From Bacilli bacterium (lineage in GTDB: Bacteria; Bacillota_I; Bacilli_A; RF39; UBA660): a DNA stretch of 64,000 bases. Positions 46,918-56,720 of this stretch are shown here, in pieces; positions within the stretch are counted from its first letter, which is position 1, and each line of letters begins with the position of its first letter. Under the pieces are notes generated by a model. That model saw only the letters and a program-made list of their open reading frames with translations. It did no database searches and was not told the origin of the DNA. Location: positions 1,627-65,626 of the forward strand of contig CAAGHJ010000002.1 in the NCBI GenBank assembly GCA_900769635.1, read 5' to 3'. The position numbers and the translations under genes were made by a program.

Positions 46918-49290
46918 TTACTTTCTAAGCTCAGCCCCAATCTCCCTTTGCAAAGCCTCCACGATTCTCTCCATAATACACATAACCTCTTCCTCTGTAA
47001 GTGTCCTCTCCCTACTCTGGAACACAAGCGAATAAGCAAGCGACTTCTTATCACTCGGAATATTATCTCCCACATAAACATCAAAGAGCCTAATATCCGC
47101 AAGCAAACTATCATTAACTCCCCAAATAACCCCTTCTACGTCCCTCGTGCTAACTCCCTTATCCACAATAAAGGCCAAATCCTTACAAATACTAGGATAC
47201 TTAGAAGGACTAACATAACAAATCCTATCTACCTTACCCATAAGAGCCTTCACAGATAACTCACAAGCAAAAACCTCATCCTTAACAATCGCCGGATGCA
47301 CTCGGCCAAGCACCCCAATCACCTTTCCATCAAGCAAAATCTTCGCCGTAACATAAGGATGCATCCCCTTAGCATCTTCACAAATATCAAAATCATACCT
47401 ACCCCTCATCCCCATATAATTAAGAACATTCTCTACCATTCCCTTAAGAAGATAAAAATCCCCCTTCACAGAAACACCACTTACACTATTACTAATAAAA
47501 TCTCCCCTCATAAGCATTGCCAGTTTCAAATCCTCATCAAAATTCCTATCATAAGTTTTCCCAATCTCATAAATGAAGATATCACTAACCCTTCTCTTCA
47601 TATTATACTCATATACATTAAGCAAAGACGCCAAAATACTAGTCCTAATAATCTCCTTGTCGCTACTCATCGGATTCGGAAGAGCAATAAAATCCGCCCC
47701 CTCGTAATTAAACAACTCCGCCATCGCCCTGCTAACAAGCGTGTACGTCCTCACCTCATTAAACCCGAGACTCCTCATTCTCTGCCCAATCACCTTCGAA
47801 TACCACACATCCCCCAAATATCTCCCCCTCTTCGTTTCAACTCTAGGAAGAGTTCCCTTCAGGTTGTGATACCCATAAAGTCTCCCAATCTCCTCGGCAA
47901 TGTCATTAATATTCTCCTCAATATCTAATCTCCTATTAGGAATAGTAACTATATAAACACCATCCCTTTTAAGAAAATCAAACCCAAGCTTGTTAAGTTC
48001 AAGTTCAATATCACTATCACTAATAGTTGTACCAAGAAGACCATTAATCTCTTCAGCCCTAAAAGATACAACCCTAGGAGTCTTAACAATATTATCAAAT
48101 GAAGCCGTACCACTAAGAACCGTTGCACCCGCATACATTTCAAGAAGTTCACAAGCCCTATCCATAGCCATATCCGTATACTCATAGTTAAGACCCTTAC
48201 CATACCTAATCGAAGCCTCACTCTTCAAATTAAGTTTGCTCGCCGTATTCCTAATACTAACCGCATCAAAAATAGCACTCTCAATAAATAAAGATTTCGT
48301 ATTTTCCGTAACCGCTGTATTATCACCACCCATAACCCCAGCAATACAAACAGGCTTGTTACCATCAGTAATAACAATATCATCATTATTAAGAACCCTT
48401 TTTTGACCATCCAAAGTAATAATCTCTTCGCCATCCCTAGCATCCCTAACCAAAACATTACTTCCCAAACTATCACTATCAAAAAAGTGAAGCGGTTGCC
48501 CAAATTCAAGCATAACATAATTAGAAATATCAACAACATTATTAATACTCCTGATACCAACACTATTTAACCTACGCTTTATAAATTCCGGTGTTGGACC
48601 AATCTTAACATCCCTAACCATTCTCCCCAAATAATAAGGACACTTTGAAGTATCAACCCTAAGACTAATAAAATCATTAACACTATCCTTGCAAACATCA
48701 AATTTCACATAAGGAAGCTTAACCCTTCTGTTCAAAACTGCCCCCACAATATAAGCAAAACCAATATGATAGTAACAATCATTGTTTCTGTGCTTGTGAA
48801 CATCAAGCTCATATACCACATCATCAAGGCCCAAATATTGCAAAGGATCAGCACCCAAAGGAGCATCAGCTGGTAAAACCATAATCCCCTTAGCACGATT
48901 TACCTCCGAATTCTCCTCAAAACCAAGTTCACACAAAGCACAAATCATACCTTCCGATTTAACACCCCTTAAACGCGTTTCTTCAATTGGCCCTACAGGA
49001 AGTACCGAATTAGGAAGAGCAACAATTACCCTTATCCCCTCCTTTACATTAGAAGCCCCACATACAACCTGTATACACTTAGACCCAGTATTCACTTCAC
49101 AAACCCTTAAATGATCACTATTAGGATGATCCTTACAAGAAATAACTTCACCAATAACAAGATTATTAATATGATTAGAAATAATTTTCTCAATATTAAT
49201 ACCAGTCTTAGTTACCCTTTCAGCAAGTTCCTCAGGACTAATATCCCCAATATCAATATAATCCTTAACCCATTCTAAATTTATCATCAA
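46918..49290 (-). CDS. pheT: phenylalanine--tRNA ligase beta subunit
   Basis: 790 aa with an N-terminal tRNA-binding domain, B3/4, B5 and a ferredoxin-fold anticodon-binding domain. It follows pheS. Confidence 0.95.
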   Translation of the reverse strand: MMINLEWVKDYIDIGDISPEELAERVTKTGINIEKIISNHINNLVIGEVISCKDHPNSDHLRVCEVNTGSKCIQVVCGASNVKEGIRVIVALPNSVLPVGPIEETRLRGVKSEGMICALCELGFEENSEVNRAKGIMVLPADAPLGADPLQYLGLDDVVYELDVHKHRNNDCYYHIGFAYIVGAVLNRRVKLPYVKFDVCKDSVNDFISLRVDTSKCPYYLGRMVRDVKIGPTPEFIKRRLNSVGIRSINNVVDISNYVMLEFGQPLHFFDSDSLGSNVLVRDARDGEEIITLDGQKRVLNNDDIVITDGNKPVCIAGVMGGDNTAVTENTKSLFIESAIFDAVSIRNTASKLNLKSEASIRYGKGLNYEYTDMAMDRACELLEMYAGATVLSGTASFDNIVKTPRVVSFRAEEINGLLGTTISDSDIELELNKLGFDFLKRDGVYIVTIPNRRLDIEENINDIAEEIGRLYGYHNLKGTLPRVETKRGRYLGDVWYSKVIGQRMRSLGFNEVRTYTLVSRAMAELFNYEGADFIALPNPMSSDKEIIRTSILASLLNVYEYNMKRRVSDIFIYEIGKTYDRNFDEDLKLAMLMRGDFISNSVSGVSVKGDFYLLKGMVENVLNYMGMRGRYDFDICEDAKGMHPYVTAKILLDGKVIGVLGRVHPAIVKDEVFACELSVKALMGKVDRICYVSPSKYPSICKDLAFIVDKGVSTRDVEGVIWGVNDSLLADIRLFDVYVGDNIPSDKKSLAYSLVFQSRERTLTEEEVMCIMERIVEALQREIGAELRK

Positions 49291-49305
49291 TATACCTTCT
49301 TTCCT

Positions 49306-50340
49306 TTATCTCTCTATCCTGTTAAAATTATCAACATTACGCAAGTCGTTATTATAAAATACCCTAATATCATTAATACCATATTTAAGCATTGCTAAAC
49401 GTTCTGCACCAAAACCAAAAGCAAATCCACTCCACTTTTTAGGATCATAACCACAATTTCTAAGAACATTAGGGTGAACAATACCACCCCCAGCAACCGT
49501 AATGTAACCACTATTCTTACAAATATTACAGCCCTTACCACCACAGTTAAAACAACTAATATCAACCTCAACAGAAGGTTCCGTAAACTGATAATAACTA
49601 GGCCTAAATCTAACCGTTACCTCATCAGTAAATAACTTTCTAACAATAACTTCCACTGTCCCCTTTAAATCAGCTAAACTAATATCCTTGTCAACTAAAA
49701 GACCCTCAATTTGTGTAAACTGATGAGAATGCGTAGCATCATCATCATCTCTTCTATAAGTCTTACCAGGACAAATAATTCTAACCGGCTTATCACCACC
49801 AGCCTCTAACATAACCCTTGCTTGAACAGGAGATGTTTGACTTCTAAGAAGAAGTTCATTATCCCTAATATAAAACGTATCTTGAGCATCCCTTGCCGGA
49901 TGACCCTTAGGAATATTAAGAAGTTCAAAATTAAATCTATCCTCTTCAACTTCGGGACCAGACGCAACATCATATCCCATACTCATACAAACCTCTTCAA
50001 CTTCCAAAATAAGTTTTTCAAGAATATTAGGACATCCCACAGGAATATTAGTAGAAGGCATAAACAAATCAATTCTATCCTTCTCTAATCCCTTTTTAAC
50101 CTCTTCATCCTCTAAAACTCTCATTCTCTCTTCAAACTTAGAAGAAAATACCACTTTCAAATCATTAATTTCCTTACCAAAAGCCTTCTTATCATCATCA
50201 CTAAGTTCCTTCATCTTACTATAAAGAGAAGTAATAAGCCCCTTTTTACCAACCATTCTAACTTTCAAATCATTTAAATTCCTAATATCATTAATATCAT
50301 CAATTTTTAATATTTCCTTGTTTATCTCTTCAATATTCAT
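49306..50340 (-). CDS. pheS: phenylalanine--tRNA ligase alpha subunit
   Basis: Class II motifs (HPARD, FRPSYYQFTEPS, GFAFGFGAERLAM). Confidence 0.95.
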   Translation of the reverse strand: MNIEEINKEILKIDDINDIRNLNDLKVRMVGKKGLITSLYSKMKELSDDDKKAFGKEINDLKVVFSSKFEERMRVLEDEEVKKGLEKDRIDLFMPSTNIPVGCPNILEKLILEVEEVCMSMGYDVASGPEVEEDRFNFELLNIPKGHPARDAQDTFYIRDNELLLRSQTSPVQARVMLEAGGDKPVRIICPGKTYRRDDDDATHSHQFTQIEGLLVDKDISLADLKGTVEVIVRKLFTDEVTVRFRPSYYQFTEPSVEVDISCFNCGGKGCNICKNSGYITVAGGGIVHPNVLRNCGYDPKKWSGFAFGFGAERLAMLKYGINDIRVFYNNDLRNVDNFNRIER

Positions 50341-50349
50341 AAATTCCTC

Positions 50350-50637
50350 CTATATATTTTCTAACATAGTAATAATCTTATCCTTACTAAGTATCCTTTC
50401 ATAATCATTAATATTATTAATAAAATCATTATTAGGAAGAGCTAATTCCTCTAACCTTTCATAAACAACATGATCTATATTAGTAACACCATATTTAATT
50501 AAATATTCAATATTATGACATACATTAACACGTGCATCTCTTATTAACTCTATAACATACTTTCCCTTATTGTTTAATATATCATATAAACAATCATTAG
50601 AAATATATTTAAGTAAATAATCAAGTTCACTATTCAT
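50350..50637 (-). CDS. hypothetical 95-aa protein, first gene of the T-box-controlled pheST operon
   Basis: ATG 50637 lies 7 nt after AAGGAGG, and the gene ends 9 nt before pheS. The track start at 50670 lies inside the T-box terminator. Confidence 0.5.
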   Translation of the reverse strand: MNSELDYLLKYISNDCLYDILNNKGKYVIELIRDARVNVCHNIEYLIKYGVTNIDHVVYERLEELALPNNDFINNINDYERILSKDKIITMLENI

Positions 50638-50639
50638 AA

Positions 50640-50850
50640 ATACCTCCTTAAAATAAAAAAGATGGTCCATAAAGGACGACTAAAGCCGCGGTACCACCTT
50701 TCTTTATAACTAATGTTATACTCTCTTGTCTTTAACGCTTACCTGCGATAAAATTCAAAGGGTGAATTCATACCAATATCTTGCTCTACTTTCACCATAA
50801 AGAGCTCGCTTTAAAGATATTTCTACCATACTACTACTTCCTTATCATCA
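50640..50850 (-). promoter_or_regulatory. T-box leader with Phe specifier UUC
   Basis: Minus strand: AGCGAGCTC...GGTGAAAGTAGAG stem I, specifier gaaUUCa (50764-50766), and T-box AAAGGTGGTACCGCGG (50686-50700 on plus). A hairpin and U-run follow before the RBS. Confidence 0.75.
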
Positions 50851-50852
50851 TT

Positions 50853-51395
50853 TTATATTGTCATTAAATCCTTTTCTTTATCTTTAAGTTTACTTTCAAT
50901 TTCCTTATTATACTTATTAATAAGATCTTGAACTTCTTCAATACTCCTTTTTTCTTCATCTTCAGGAAGTTTTAAAGAAGCAATCATTTTATTTGCATCT
51001 TGTCTAATATTTCTAAGATGTATCTTAGCATCTTCAGCTAATTGTTTAACCTCTTTAACAAGTTCCTTTCTTCTATCCTCAGTAAGAGGAGGTATAACTA
51101 TAAATACACACTCTCCATTATTGTTAGGAGTAACCCCCAAATTAGCCTCAAATATAGCCTTTTCAATGTGACCTAAAATAGACCTATCAAAAGGCTTTAT
51201 CATAAGTTGTCTAGCTTCTGGTACAGAGATATTAGCAAGAGCCTTAATTGGAGTAGCCACTCCATAATAATCAACCATAACCTTATCAAGCATACTAGGA
51301 TTAGCACGACCAGCTCTTACATTTAAAAACCTTTCCTCCATAGTTATAATAGCATTTTGCATTTTTTCTTCTGTTAAATTTATTGTATTTTCCAT
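50853..51395 (-). CDS. frr: ribosome recycling factor
   Basis: Full-length RRF pattern (RAGRANPSMLD..., LTEDRRKELVK). Confidence 0.9.
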   Translation of the reverse strand: MENTINLTEEKMQNAIITMEERFLNVRAGRANPSMLDKVMVDYYGVATPIKALANISVPEARQLMIKPFDRSILGHIEKAIFEANLGVTPNNNGECVFIVIPPLTEDRRKELVKEVKQLAEDAKIHLRNIRQDANKMIASLKLPEDEEKRSIEEVQDLINKYNKEIESKLKDKEKDLMTI

Positions 51396-51407
51396 ATATT
51401 ATCCTTT

Positions 51408-51845
51408 CTAACTTGTTATATCCTTAGATTTCTTTCTTACTTTAATAGGGGATGCCTGTTTATATAGTTCTGCCTCTTTTTTATCCTTAATAACTACAGA
51501 GTACAATAAATTAGTAGTTAAAGCTTCAAATATTTCATCACCATAATCAATATATAATCTATTATATGTTTCATCGTGGCAGTCTAAATAATAATCATAT
51601 TTTTTTAAGAAATCAAGTTCTCCTAAGAAAAGCTTATTAATATCTGTAAAAAGTTCCACATAAAGTTGTGAATCTGCTACTAAACGCATATTTGAACTTT
51701 TACTAAGTAATTTATAATAACGACTTCGTATTTTAGCAACCACTTTTTTAAGCTTATCCTCATCCACAATAACATCATACAAGTACATCTTGTCCCCTAT
51801 AACTTCATAAATGACACTTGGGTCCGTAAGTAAATCTTTAAACAT
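51408..51845 (-). CDS. hypothetical protein
   Basis: 145-aa ORF in an operon with the J-domain genes and frr. No motif recognised. Confidence 0.4.
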   Translation of the reverse strand: MFKDLLTDPSVIYEVIGDKMYLYDVIVDEDKLKKVVAKIRSRYYKLLSKSSNMRLVADSQLYVELFTDINKLFLGELDFLKKYDYYLDCHDETYNRLYIDYGDEIFEALTTNLLYSVVIKDKKEAELYKQASPIKVRKKSKDITS

Positions 51846-51918
51846 AACATTAACTCCTCTTCTTTAGTTCATATTATATCACAAATTCCCAAGTTGTAAA
51901 GAGGTTTTTCATATTTTT

Positions 51919-53619
51919 TTATTTTCTTGGCCCTACGGGAGCATTAGTAGATTGATGACCACTTTCGGTTCCAGCCATTTTATTAAAAATTTCAAGGTAC
52001 GTACGTTCAAAATTACTTTTAACTTTGTTATCATCTTCTAACACAGGTTTCTGTTTAGTGGGAATTACAAAAGGATTAGTAAAAGATGCAGAATCCTCTT
52101 TCTTGTTTTCTACCCTTTCTTGTTCTTCAAAACCAGAATAAAGCAGTTCTGGACCTTCATCATAATGAAAATCAGTCTTTTTAGGAAGTAAACTATCTAG
52201 TAATAAATTATCCTTTTCTATATCCTCAAAGGTAATACCAAGTAATGCCTTCACCTTATCATCAGGCAAAGTTGGTAAAATTGTAAGAACTTGTGTGCAG
52301 ATTTTTAAATTCTGCATCATTTCTTCAGCAGTTTTTCCTTCATTAGCCTTATATAGTTTAAGATTAAGGTCATTAACAATAGATTGTTTTTCATCTTCCT
52401 TTTTTATTGTAGAAATTTTATCATACATAGCATTTATAACAGGTTGTACTTCACTAAGACTACTCATTTTATCAATAGCCTCTTCCGTAATATTTAAAAC
52501 CTCTGCTATTTTTTTATTACCCTTATTAACTTCTCTAAGTTTATTTATAGAATTATGGGCCTTTACTTTTTTATCTTTTAAATCCTTAATTTCATCTATT
52601 TTCTTATTAATTTTATCAGTAAAGCCATATATCATCATTTGCATTTGATTATCATACATATTTTTATTATTTTTATATGAAGTATTCTTTTTTATAACAA
52701 GACAATTATCTATAATTTTCTTTTTTTCTTCATTTATTTGCGGAAGAGCTTCCTTAAAGTTAGGAATATTTGCAAATCTATCAAGTTGCATATTCAATTT
52801 TTGCTCTATATCTTCTATATAAGTATCCTCTTGCCTCTTATCATCAGAAATAAATTCTTGTCTAATACTCACAAGCATTTCATTAGTAGTTTTTAAAGAT
52901 AAAGCATATTCACTTTTAGGTGTAATTCTATCAACAATTTGCTTTGCTTTTCGATTAGCATAATCCATTTTATCTTCTATAAAACTAAGTTCTGACATAT
53001 ACATACTCTTTAAATATTTATCATATATTTCCTTAACATATTCTTTAATTGCAAGAGAACTTTCTTCTTGGGCTTTCATAAACGTTACCATAATTGTTGT
53101 AGAAGATGCTGTCTTTTCATCTAAATTTTGTATCTGATTTAAATATTTATCTATTATATCATTAACGCGTCTTTTATAAGTCTCTATTATTTTAGATATA
53201 TTTGTAATATCATAAAGTTCAACATTATTCATATTTAAACCATTTATTTCTGAAACACTATTATTTTCAAGTTTACACTTACTAAGTAAACTTGTTACAG
53301 TACCATAAACTTCCTGAGTTTGATTTTTTTCATCGTCAATACCCTTTAATTTTTTCAAAAGTTTATCATTTGCCTCATTATAAAGTTTAAATAAAGATGT
53401 ACACGTATCACGAATATCTTCCGGAAGATCAGAATTTTTATCAGGGTGATACAAATTGCAAGCATCACGATACACTTTTTTTAAACTACTTTCAGTATAA
53501 TTTTCTGTAAGTCCAAACGGAGCAAATATTTTTAATGCAGCATCAAATGGTATTTCTGTATTTTTTAATTTTTCACATCTTTCATATTCTGAGATTATCT
53601 TCTTTATTTTTTCTTCCAT
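51919..53619 (-). CDS. J-domain protein with a long coiled-coil region
   Basis: N-terminal J domain with an intact HPD (SLKKVYRDACNLYHPDKNSDLPEDIR...FKLYNEANDKL). The rest is K/E/N-rich and helical. Confidence 0.6.
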   Translation of the reverse strand: MEEKIKKIISEYERCEKLKNTEIPFDAALKIFAPFGLTENYTESSLKKVYRDACNLYHPDKNSDLPEDIRDTCTSLFKLYNEANDKLLKKLKGIDDEKNQTQEVYGTVTSLLSKCKLENNSVSEINGLNMNNVELYDITNISKIIETYKRRVNDIIDKYLNQIQNLDEKTASSTTIMVTFMKAQEESSLAIKEYVKEIYDKYLKSMYMSELSFIEDKMDYANRKAKQIVDRITPKSEYALSLKTTNEMLVSIRQEFISDDKRQEDTYIEDIEQKLNMQLDRFANIPNFKEALPQINEEKKKIIDNCLVIKKNTSYKNNKNMYDNQMQMMIYGFTDKINKKIDEIKDLKDKKVKAHNSINKLREVNKGNKKIAEVLNITEEAIDKMSSLSEVQPVINAMYDKISTIKKEDEKQSIVNDLNLKLYKANEGKTAEEMMQNLKICTQVLTILPTLPDDKVKALLGITFEDIEKDNLLLDSLLPKKTDFHYDEGPELLYSGFEEQERVENKKEDSASFTNPFVIPTKQKPVLEDDNKVKSNFERTYLEIFNKMAGTESGHQSTNAPVGPRK

Positions 53620-53638
53620 TTGTTATCCTCCTCTATAA

Positions 53639-54703
53639 TTATCTCTTTGCATAGTTATCAATATTAATAACATTATCCTTTTTCGGTAATAATCCTTGTC
53701 TCTCTAAATAAAGCCTTTGTACAAGATTTACCATTAAATCCATATCATTTTTATGTTTATTTTCTTTTGCCATTATATGGCCTGTAATATCAATAACATT
53801 ATCCTTCTGTTTAGGTAGTTCTTCTTCTTTTAATTCAAAAATTTTTGAAATATCCTCTACACCAAGAAAACCATATAATTGAGTAAATGAAACCTTATCT
53901 AAAAGTTTTTTATCAAATTCCAAATCTTGAAATTGAAGATTAGTAAGACCAACTGTACTTTCAAAAGGACCAGCATTTGCAAGTTTAATAGCATCAAGTA
54001 ATACCGTAGTCCACTCCTTAGAATTATTACTACTTTGTACTTTTTTAGAAGTTTCATACTTCAGTATTATACTATCAATAAGTTCTTTTGTATCCTTAGG
54101 TCTAATTGTAACATAATTAACAATCATATTATATATACTATCAATATTACTTTTAAGATTGCTTATTTGTATTTTTTGTATAGCATAATCAATAGCGGCC
54201 ACTGCATCACTATTATCTTTATTTTGACTTTGTAAATTAGTCAAATTACTAATTAATTTCTCTTTGTATTTATCAATATTATTTTTGCTATTAACTTCTT
54301 TAATAGTTTTAGAAAAGTGTCCTAATATATCATTAATTTCTTTATCATATTCTTTTCTTTTATCGAAATAATCATACCTATTTATTATCTTTATACACCT
54401 TTCTCTAACTGCGGAAGCAAGATTATCAATATTAATATGACTACTGTCTTTAAGTTTTTCCTTGTTAATTAAAGTACTCATTATTAACTGAACTTTCTTA
54501 GTAAGCTCTTCAATTAAGAAATCCTTATAAACATCACCTTTAAGTTCTTTCTGTTCAAGAATTTTTCTTGCATTTCTTATAAACTCAACATTTTCCGGTT
54601 TATCTTTATGATTATTATAAAGTAAATTATAAGCAAATTCTAATTCCTCAGAAGTAAACCCCTCTCTTAAATTAAACAAATTTAGTGCATCTTCCCTTGT
54701 CAT
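53639..54703 (-). CDS. J-like domain protein (HPD replaced by HKD) with a coiled-coil region
   Basis: N-terminus TREDALNLFNLREGFTSEELEFAYNLLYNNHKDKPEN resembles a J domain. The C-terminus has duplicated LPKxKDNVI(D/N)I segments. Confidence 0.45.
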   Translation of the reverse strand: MTREDALNLFNLREGFTSEELEFAYNLLYNNHKDKPENVEFIRNARKILEQKELKGDVYKDFLIEELTKKVQLIMSTLINKEKLKDSSHINIDNLASAVRERCIKIINRYDYFDKRKEYDKEINDILGHFSKTIKEVNSKNNIDKYKEKLISNLTNLQSQNKDNSDAVAAIDYAIQKIQISNLKSNIDSIYNMIVNYVTIRPKDTKELIDSIILKYETSKKVQSSNNSKEWTTVLLDAIKLANAGPFESTVGLTNLQFQDLEFDKKLLDKVSFTQLYGFLGVEDISKIFELKEEELPKQKDNVIDITGHIMAKENKHKNDMDLMVNLVQRLYLERQGLLPKKDNVINIDNYAKR

Positions 54704-54770
54704 TAAAATGTCCTCCTCCTACTATACAACTATTATAACACAAAAGCCTTCATAAAAAAAGAAAAAAAGA

Positions 54771-55328
54771 CTATTTTTCTTCTTTAACAGTCTTTTTAGT
54801 TTCTGTTTTAGCTTTTGTTGCAGTCGATGTAGTTTTTTTCGCTGGAGCTTTCTTAGCAGTAGTCTTAGTTTCTTTCTTTTCTTTAACTACTTTTTCTTCC
54901 TTGCTATTTTTTTCTTCTTTAGTAGTTTTTTCTGTCTTTACAGCCTTTGCAGTTTTAGGTTCATATTTCTTACCATCTAAAGCATCTTTTGCAATTTTAA
55001 CTAATTCTGAAAATCCTTGTGGATTATCAATAGCAAGTTCACTAAGCATTTTTCTATTAACAGCAATACTTGCCTTATTTAATCCATCAATAAATTTAGA
55101 ATAACTAATTTCATTTTCTCTACAAGCAGCATTAATTCTTGTTATCCATAATTTTCTGAAATTTCTTTTATTTTGCTTTCTATCTCTATAAGCATATTCT
55201 CCTGAATGCATCACTTGTTCGTGAGCTGTCTTATATAATCTATGTTTACTACCAAAGTATCCCTTAGCTTCTTTTAATACTTTTTTTCTTCTGGCACGTG
55301 CAACTGTACCACCTTTAACTCTTGTCAT
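54771..55328 (-). CDS. rplT: 50S ribosomal protein L20 with a ~65-aa Lys/Glu/Thr-rich C-terminal extension
   Basis: Canonical L20 through ...IAKDALDGK, then [38 protein letters not shown]... Confidence 0.85.
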   Translation of the reverse strand: MTRVKGGTVARARRKKVLKEAKGYFGSKHRLYKTAHEQVMHSGEYAYRDRKQNKRNFRKLWITRINAACRENEISYSKFIDGLNKASIAVNRKMLSELAIDNPQGFSELVKIAKDALDGKKYEPKTAKAVKTEKTTKEEKNSKEEKVVKEKKETKTTAKKAPAKKTTSTATKAKTETKKTVKEEK

Positions 55329-55393
55329 ATTTCCTCCTTCAATTTTTACAAATCATAATAAACTATTTTATAAAATTCTTATAGTTCTAAATT

Positions 55394-55603
55394 CTATATT
55401 AAGTCTTTAATTCTCTTTAAATCAGATTTATGTAAGCTATTTGCATTTCTCTTTTGTCTGTTTGTTTTAGTACTTCTTTTTCCAGTGTTATGAAGTACTC
55501 CTTGTTTAGATACCGTGATTGAACCACTTTGTCTAATATTAAGAACTTTTTTAGTACCCTTATGAGTCTTCATTTTGTTCTTTTTTGCTTTAACTTTTGC
55601 CAT
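55394..55603 (-). CDS. rpmI: 50S ribosomal protein L35
   Basis: The MKTHKGTKK core is preceded by 10 extra residues. AGGAGG lies 8 nt upstream of ATG 55603. Confidence 0.85.
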   Translation of the reverse strand: MAKVKAKKNKMKTHKGTKKVLNIRQSGSITVSKQGVLHNTGKRSTKTNRQKRNANSLHKSDLKRIKDLI

Positions 55604-55618
55604 ATTAATTCCTCCTAA

Positions 55619-56140
55619 TTATTTTTTGGGTGTTAAAAGTAAGTAAATATTCTTACCTTCCATCTTTGGACCAGATTCCAAATCTGATACCTCTGATAGA
55701 GCATCCCTAAATTTAAATAAAACATTCTTAGCAAGTTCTGGATGGGCAATTTGACGACCTTTGAACCTGATACTTGCTTTAACTTTGTCACCTTTTTCAA
55801 GGTATTTACGAGCATTTCTTACCCTTGTATCGAAATCGTGAGTATCAATTGTAACTGATAATCTAAATTCCTTTGTTTCTATAGATGTCTCTCTTTGCTT
55901 CTTCAAAGCCTCTTTAGTTTTCTTTTTCTTTTCATAACGATATTTGTTATAATCCATTATTTTACATACTGCCGGATTAGCATTTCCATTCATAAGTACT
56001 AAGTCAAATCCAGCATAACCAGCAAGTGTAAGAGCATCTTTCTTACTTTTTAATCCTAATTGCTCCCCGTTTGGTCCAATAACCATCATCTCTTTGCATC
56101 TAATCTGTTCATTTATAGGGTTTTCTCTAATATTTGCGAT
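55619..56140 (-). CDS. infC: translation initiation factor IF-3, probable non-AUG start
   Basis: INEQIRCKEMMVIGPNGEQLG... is canonical IF-3. The track start is a TTG inside the GGAGGTG RBS. The in-frame ATC (56140) or ATT (56131) fits the known non-AUG autoregulated start. Confidence 0.85.
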   Translation of the reverse strand: MANIRENPINEQIRCKEMMVIGPNGEQLGLKSKKDALTLAGYAGFDLVLMNGNANPAVCKIMDYNKYRYEKKKKTKEALKKQRETSIETKEFRLSVTIDTHDFDTRVRNARKYLEKGDKVKASIRFKGRQIAHPELAKNVLFKFRDALSEVSDLESGPKMEGKNIYLLLTPKK

Positions 56141-56304
56141 ATATAACACCTCCAATGTTAAAAAATGAATACAAGAAAGTTCTCATATTCACCTAATACC
56201 TTTATAAAATATCAAAATTCATCATTATTTATAATTGGCATTTTACCTATTACTTGGGTAATCAGGTGAGATATTTATCTACTTTCCGTTTCTTTTCGAT
56301 ACAT

Positions 56305-56334
56305 ATTATATAATATTTATTGACATTATGTCAA
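56305..56334 (-). promoter_or_regulatory. sigma-A-type promoter of infC-rpmI-rplT
   Basis: Minus strand: TTGACA (56329-56334), 18-nt spacer, TATAAT (56305-56310). The ~150 nt leader sits where the L20-binding leader lies in Firmicutes, but I did not verify its structure. Confidence 0.6.
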
Positions 56335-56362
56335 GTTTTTTTGCTAAGTTTTTACGTTTTTA

Positions 56363-56417
56363 TTACAGTTTTGCCTAAAAATTATTTATTTTAGATATTT
56401 TTTAGGCAAAACTGTAA
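56363..56417. repeat. perfect 19-bp inverted repeat with a 17-nt loop
   Basis: TTACAGTTTTGCCTAAAAA (56363-56381) pairs with TTTTTAGGCAAAACTGTAA (56399-56417). No flanking U-run on either strand. Confidence 0.8.
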
Positions 56418-56516
56418 CACACTTGCCCTATCGGGGGCAGGGAGAGAGAAAAGAAGCCCAAAAAGAGTGTGACATCTTAGTCTAAGTTCACATATACTAA
56501 AAGTAGGAGGGGTATT

Positions 56517-56720
56517 ATGTTTAATAGATTCATTAATTTTTTTCGTCTATGTGTTGGAATTAAACTACTATGTTTGTGTGGAGTAGTAATACTATCCATA
56601 ATAACATTCTATCAATTCATAATTACACTATTTGTACCTTGCTTTATAAATGTATTAATATTACTTGCCGAATACCTAGTACTATTATGGCTCCTTTTCT
56701 TTACGATATTCGGATGCTAA
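56517..56720 (+). CDS. small hydrophobic protein (67 aa)
   Basis: Strong RBS AGGAGGGG before the ATG, with two or three TM segments. The 3' end overlaps the convergent ysxE-like gene by 36 nt. Confidence 0.4.
   Translation: MFNRFINFFRLCVGIKLLCLCGVVILSIITFYQFIITLFVPCFINVLILLAEYLVLLWLLFFTIFGC

Noticed and set aside
46848-48563. Track ORFs 46848..47114, 46948..47259, 47296..47928, 47949..48221, 47990..48187 and 48225..48563
   Set aside because: All overlap pheT in alternative frames or on the opposite strand. pheT is unambiguous, and the skewed composition suppresses stop codons.
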